In this document: in pieces, positions 60,432 through 64,000 of the stretch
Layout of the letters: the number at the start of each line of letters is the position of its first letter
Position numbering within the stretch: the stretch's first letter is position 1
NCBI GenBank assembly: GCA_040357565.1
Contig: JBDODJ010000023.1
Reading direction: 5' to 3' (one strand)
From: Cercozoa sp. M6MM
Lineage: Eukaryota; Protista; Endomyxa: Ascetosporea
DNA length: 64,000 nucleotides
Program-made: the position numbers and the translations under genes
Notes under the pieces: generated by a model
Database searches by the model: none
What the model was told of the DNA's origin: nothing
What the model saw: the letters and a program-made list of their open reading frames with translations, nothing else

Positions 60432-63400
60432 CTAAGAGAGGAAATCCTCGACGTCGGCGCCCTCGTCCTCCTCGTGCGACTCGACCGAGTGGAACTTGAG
60501 GAAGTGCGTCAGGCGGTGTCGCTGCGCGTAGAACGGCGGCGGCACGTCGAGTCGCAGGCCCTGCAGAGACACTCGCGGATATAGCAATATCGCAACATAG
60601 ACAAGGAACAAGACAGGGGAGCATACGAAGCGACGGTGCGGCGAGAAGGCGGCCGTGCAGAAGTTGTAGTGCCACGGACCCACGTCGGGCACCAGGAAGA
60701 AGCCACGGAACTTGCCGCTCAGCAGCAGCTGCACGCGTTGCGCCGACTCACGCGGTTCGAACTTGCTCATGTCGTCGGCCGACGCCGTGCCCGTGCCGTC
60801 AGCTCGCTATCCAGAAGGGGGGTGAGGGTGTGTCAGGGGAGTAGAAATATATCTACCTCAAGCGCCTCGTTGGCCCAGCGGTAGCCGCCCTTGGTGATAC
60901 GGTGCGCCGTCACCTGGCACATACCAGCATCCAGAGTGCACGTCACCAGTGCCGACTGCGCCGGCGACATGCGCGTGTTGTTCTTGGCTACATGGGTGGG
61001 GAGGGGTAAAGGGGTATAGGGTAGGTGGTAGGGGGAGGGGGTAAAGGGGTATGGGGTAGGGGCAGGGAGTGCTACCAATACGCGCGTGCTGCAGCACATC
61101 GTCGGGTCGCAGTTCCGTGGTGCCACTGGCAGTGCCGGCAGCAGCACTGGGCTGCGTGTGTAGCCAGCCCAGCGGCTGCAGGTCCTCCAGTAGCGGGTGC
61201 TTGTCGATGTCCTCGGCCAGTCGTGCCACCGGCAGCTGCACACCGCGGTGCGTGCCCGTCTGCGGCGGAATCACCGCCGCGTGCACCTCTGTCGATAGGG
61301 GAGGGGGGTAAAGGGAGGGATAAAGGGGGTAATATGGGGAATAGAGCACGCCGCACCCTTGACAGAGGCGACGGCGGCGGCCTCGTCGGCGTCGGCATCC
61401 TCAGGAACCTCGGGCGACTTGCCGTACAGCATGACGGCCACCTGCGTGCGCAGGTCGGCGATCGCCACCAGTTTCTTCAGCAGGTTCTCCGGCAGCACGT
61501 ACGTCAGCATACGCGTGCTCTCGTCCTCTTCATCGCGCACCTGGACAACGGGGGAGGGGTAAAGGTAAAGGAGGGTAGGAGTGGGGCGGGGGACAAACCT
61601 CCTCAGTCTCCTCCTCGGGCGGCACGTAGATATTGCCGGTGCGCATGGCCAGACCCGCCGCTGCCACGGCACGCACGCCCCCCCTCCCGCCCCCCCGGGG
61701 GGGGGGGGGGTAAAGGAGAGGAACACGATCAGGGAGGAGGTAAAGCACCTAGCAAACGCGGCCTGTTCGTAGGCCGACGTGGTCTCGGTGAGCATCTTCT
61801 CGCCGAACTTGTTCACCGTCTTGGTCACGGTCGACTTGAGGTCCGCCGTGCTAGCCGAGGCACTCTTCTCCATCTGCAGGTGTGGGGGTTAAGGGGGCAA
61901 GGAACATGGGAAGTGAAGAGAGGGGTCTACCTCGGCAGCGGCCTGCTCCTCGAGCGACGGCGGCGTGATTTCGGCGCCGAGCACAATGTCACGGATCTCG
62001 CTCTGCGTCAGCGAGGCCACGTTGACGTTGTTGCGACGGCCAAAGTCATGCAGCACCCGGGGGGGGGGCGGGGGCCCCCCCCCCGGGGGGGGGGGCCAAG
62101 GTGTGTATAGATGGTACCAAGTCACGCAGCTGCTGCTCCACGTCCATCCACTCGTCATCCGTGTACGACGGCCACAGGTGGTGCTCTGTACATACTCAAG
62201 GGTAGGGGGTGGGGGTAGATGGAGGGTGGAGGTAGGGCGTACCCTTGGTAGTGACAGTGACGTCGGGTCGCAAGATGGTGCGCGCCTTGACATTGTCGAC
62301 GTGCAGCGCACGCAGGATCAGCATCAGTCGCGCGAACGCCGTCCACGTACTGATGCCGTGCGCGCCCGTGCCGCCTGTCCGGGGGGAGGGGGGTAAAGGG
62401 CCCATGGGGGTCAGGGGTGGGGAGGGATAATACCACTCGAGCCGGCACTGCCCTCGAGCCAGTCGTCGTAGAGATTGTGTCGCTGCAGGCATGACTCGGT
62501 CGCCTTGACCACCTCGTCACCGATGCGCTCGATCAGCAGCAACTGTGCACACACAAGAGTTATACACCCCTTCTTATCCCCCCAAGAAAGCTATGTACCT
62601 GCTGGAACGGCAGCGCCAGTTCCGAGCCGCGAATCACAATGTTCGGGAAGTCCAGCATCGCGTTCTGCACGGCCTCCATCAGACCTGCTCAGGAGGGGTA
62701 AAGGAGGAGCAGAGAGCGCGCGCGCGCGCGTGTGTGTGTATGTGTATGTGGAGGTAAAGCCCTACCGCGACGCAGCACGACAATCTCCTGCGGCTTCTCT
62801 TGCTGAGGCATGCTGCTGATCAATGTCGACAGTTCGGCCGCCGACTTCCAGCGTGCCAGCTGTGCAAACAGACACAAGTTATACCTCCCTGCTTCCCGTC
62901 CCCCTTGATACCAAGCACTAGTCTACCTGAGTGAGACGCTTCTGACCGGCCCAGGTGGACACGTGGACAATCTTGAGGTACAGACGGCCCGTCTTGGGCT
63001 CAAAGATAATGAGTGCGCCATTGATCGGCTTCGTGGCCAGGTTGCCTTCCAGCGTCTTGTGCGCCACCACACGGTACACCTGTACATGGGGGGGGGGGGG
63101 GGAAAGGGGGTAGATGGGTGGGGGTAACAGTGTATGGGACTCACCTGACTGTCATCGATGAACCACGACAACTGATTGCGGAACAACTCGTTGTAGTTCG
63201 TGGCCGACAGGTGCGACTCGGTCGGCGCCGACCAGAACAACTGCAGCTGGTTGCGAATGCGCTCACGCAGCTACATGGGCGGGAGTAAGAGGGGTTAACG
63301 GGGCGGGGGGGGGGGCAAAACCTGATGCAGCGCCGGGTCGTTCTTGATGACGGCGCCCATGGCCTGCTGCAGCAGCGGCTTGAGACCCGGGAACCAGCAG

Positions 63401-64000
63401 CCGTAGCCCGAGTAGGTGTTGTAGGCCAGGTCGACAGCAATGATCGCACCCGTCGCACACGGGTACAGAGACACCGACTCGTTCGCGTAGTCCTACCAAC
63501 AGAGGTACAAGGAATACAAGCGGGTAAAGGAAGGTGGGGGGGGGGGTAGCACGGCGTACGTGGAACAGACGGCGCGCGTAGCGCTCGACGTCGTGCGCGT
63601 CGTAGTCGCCCCAGCGCAGCTGCACGTCGAGCCAGAACTGCGACGACGACTGGCCCATGGCACCGTAGTCCTCGGCGCTGTCCGCGTCCGTCAGCAGCGA
63701 CGGCGTCGACACCTGCGCACACGTGTTCACTCAGTCGGTGCGGTAACATTTGGGTCTGACTCTGGGGTACCTGCCAGCGGCGACTGCTAAACAGCAGAAT
63801 GTCAGCGCACGAACTGTTCATCTTGTACGACTTGCGCGGATGGATCGTCTCACGTTGCACCTGCAGCATTGATTGATACACCAGTAATAATACACACCGT
63901 CAGTCCATTCAAATGATCCCAACTCTACCTGATCAATGTCGAGTGCCTCCAGCTCGCGATCCAGCACCTGCACAACACGGGTAACAGGGGGGGGGGGGGG
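60432..64000 (-). CDS. PRP8: Pre-mRNA splicing factor PRP8, 3' part (endonuclease-like, RNaseH-like and Jab1/MPN regions); 5' end lies outside the window
   Basis: [110 protein letters not shown] and [14 protein letters not shown]. Confidence 0.97.

Noticed and set aside
61675-62100. Apparent non-AG 3' splice sites and a scrambled exon start in PRP8 (near 61680-61710 and 62057-62097)
   Set aside because: Both fall in long G/C homopolymer runs where conserved codons are also corrupted. Base-calling or assembly error is more likely than non-canonical introns; raw long reads are needed.

Overview
Gene-dense nuclear DNA from a compact protist genome; the lineage cannot be fixed from sequence alone. 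About 23 protein genes are split by many short (mostly ~45-90 nt) GT-AG introns, so the supplied ORF track shows only fragments. The gene models below were hand-spliced and their exact ends are approximate. Recognisable genes: CIA1, plant-type PEX22, TMEM256/DUF423, an ER-type Shewanella-like phosphatase, IMPACT, UBC9, ERCC1, UBLCP1, a triple-SPRY protein, a CenH3-like histone H3 variant, an FN3 type-I membrane protein and the 3' part of a divergent PRP8. Mobile DNA: a full-length intron-containing Merlin (IS1016-like) transposon with perfect 38-bp TIRs, a TA-flanked MITE with a solo end elsewhere, and an ~850-bp TTCTAGAA-rich element around a micro-gene. Most unusual: a C2H2 zinc-finger factor with N-terminal membrane anchor(s), a signal peptide fused directly to an Smr nuclease-like domain, an ankyrin/polyQ/terminal-nucleotidyltransferase fusion, and a C-rich TTTACCCC intron class confined to some genes. 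No rRNA, tRNA or CRISPR array was seen. There is one 100-N gap.
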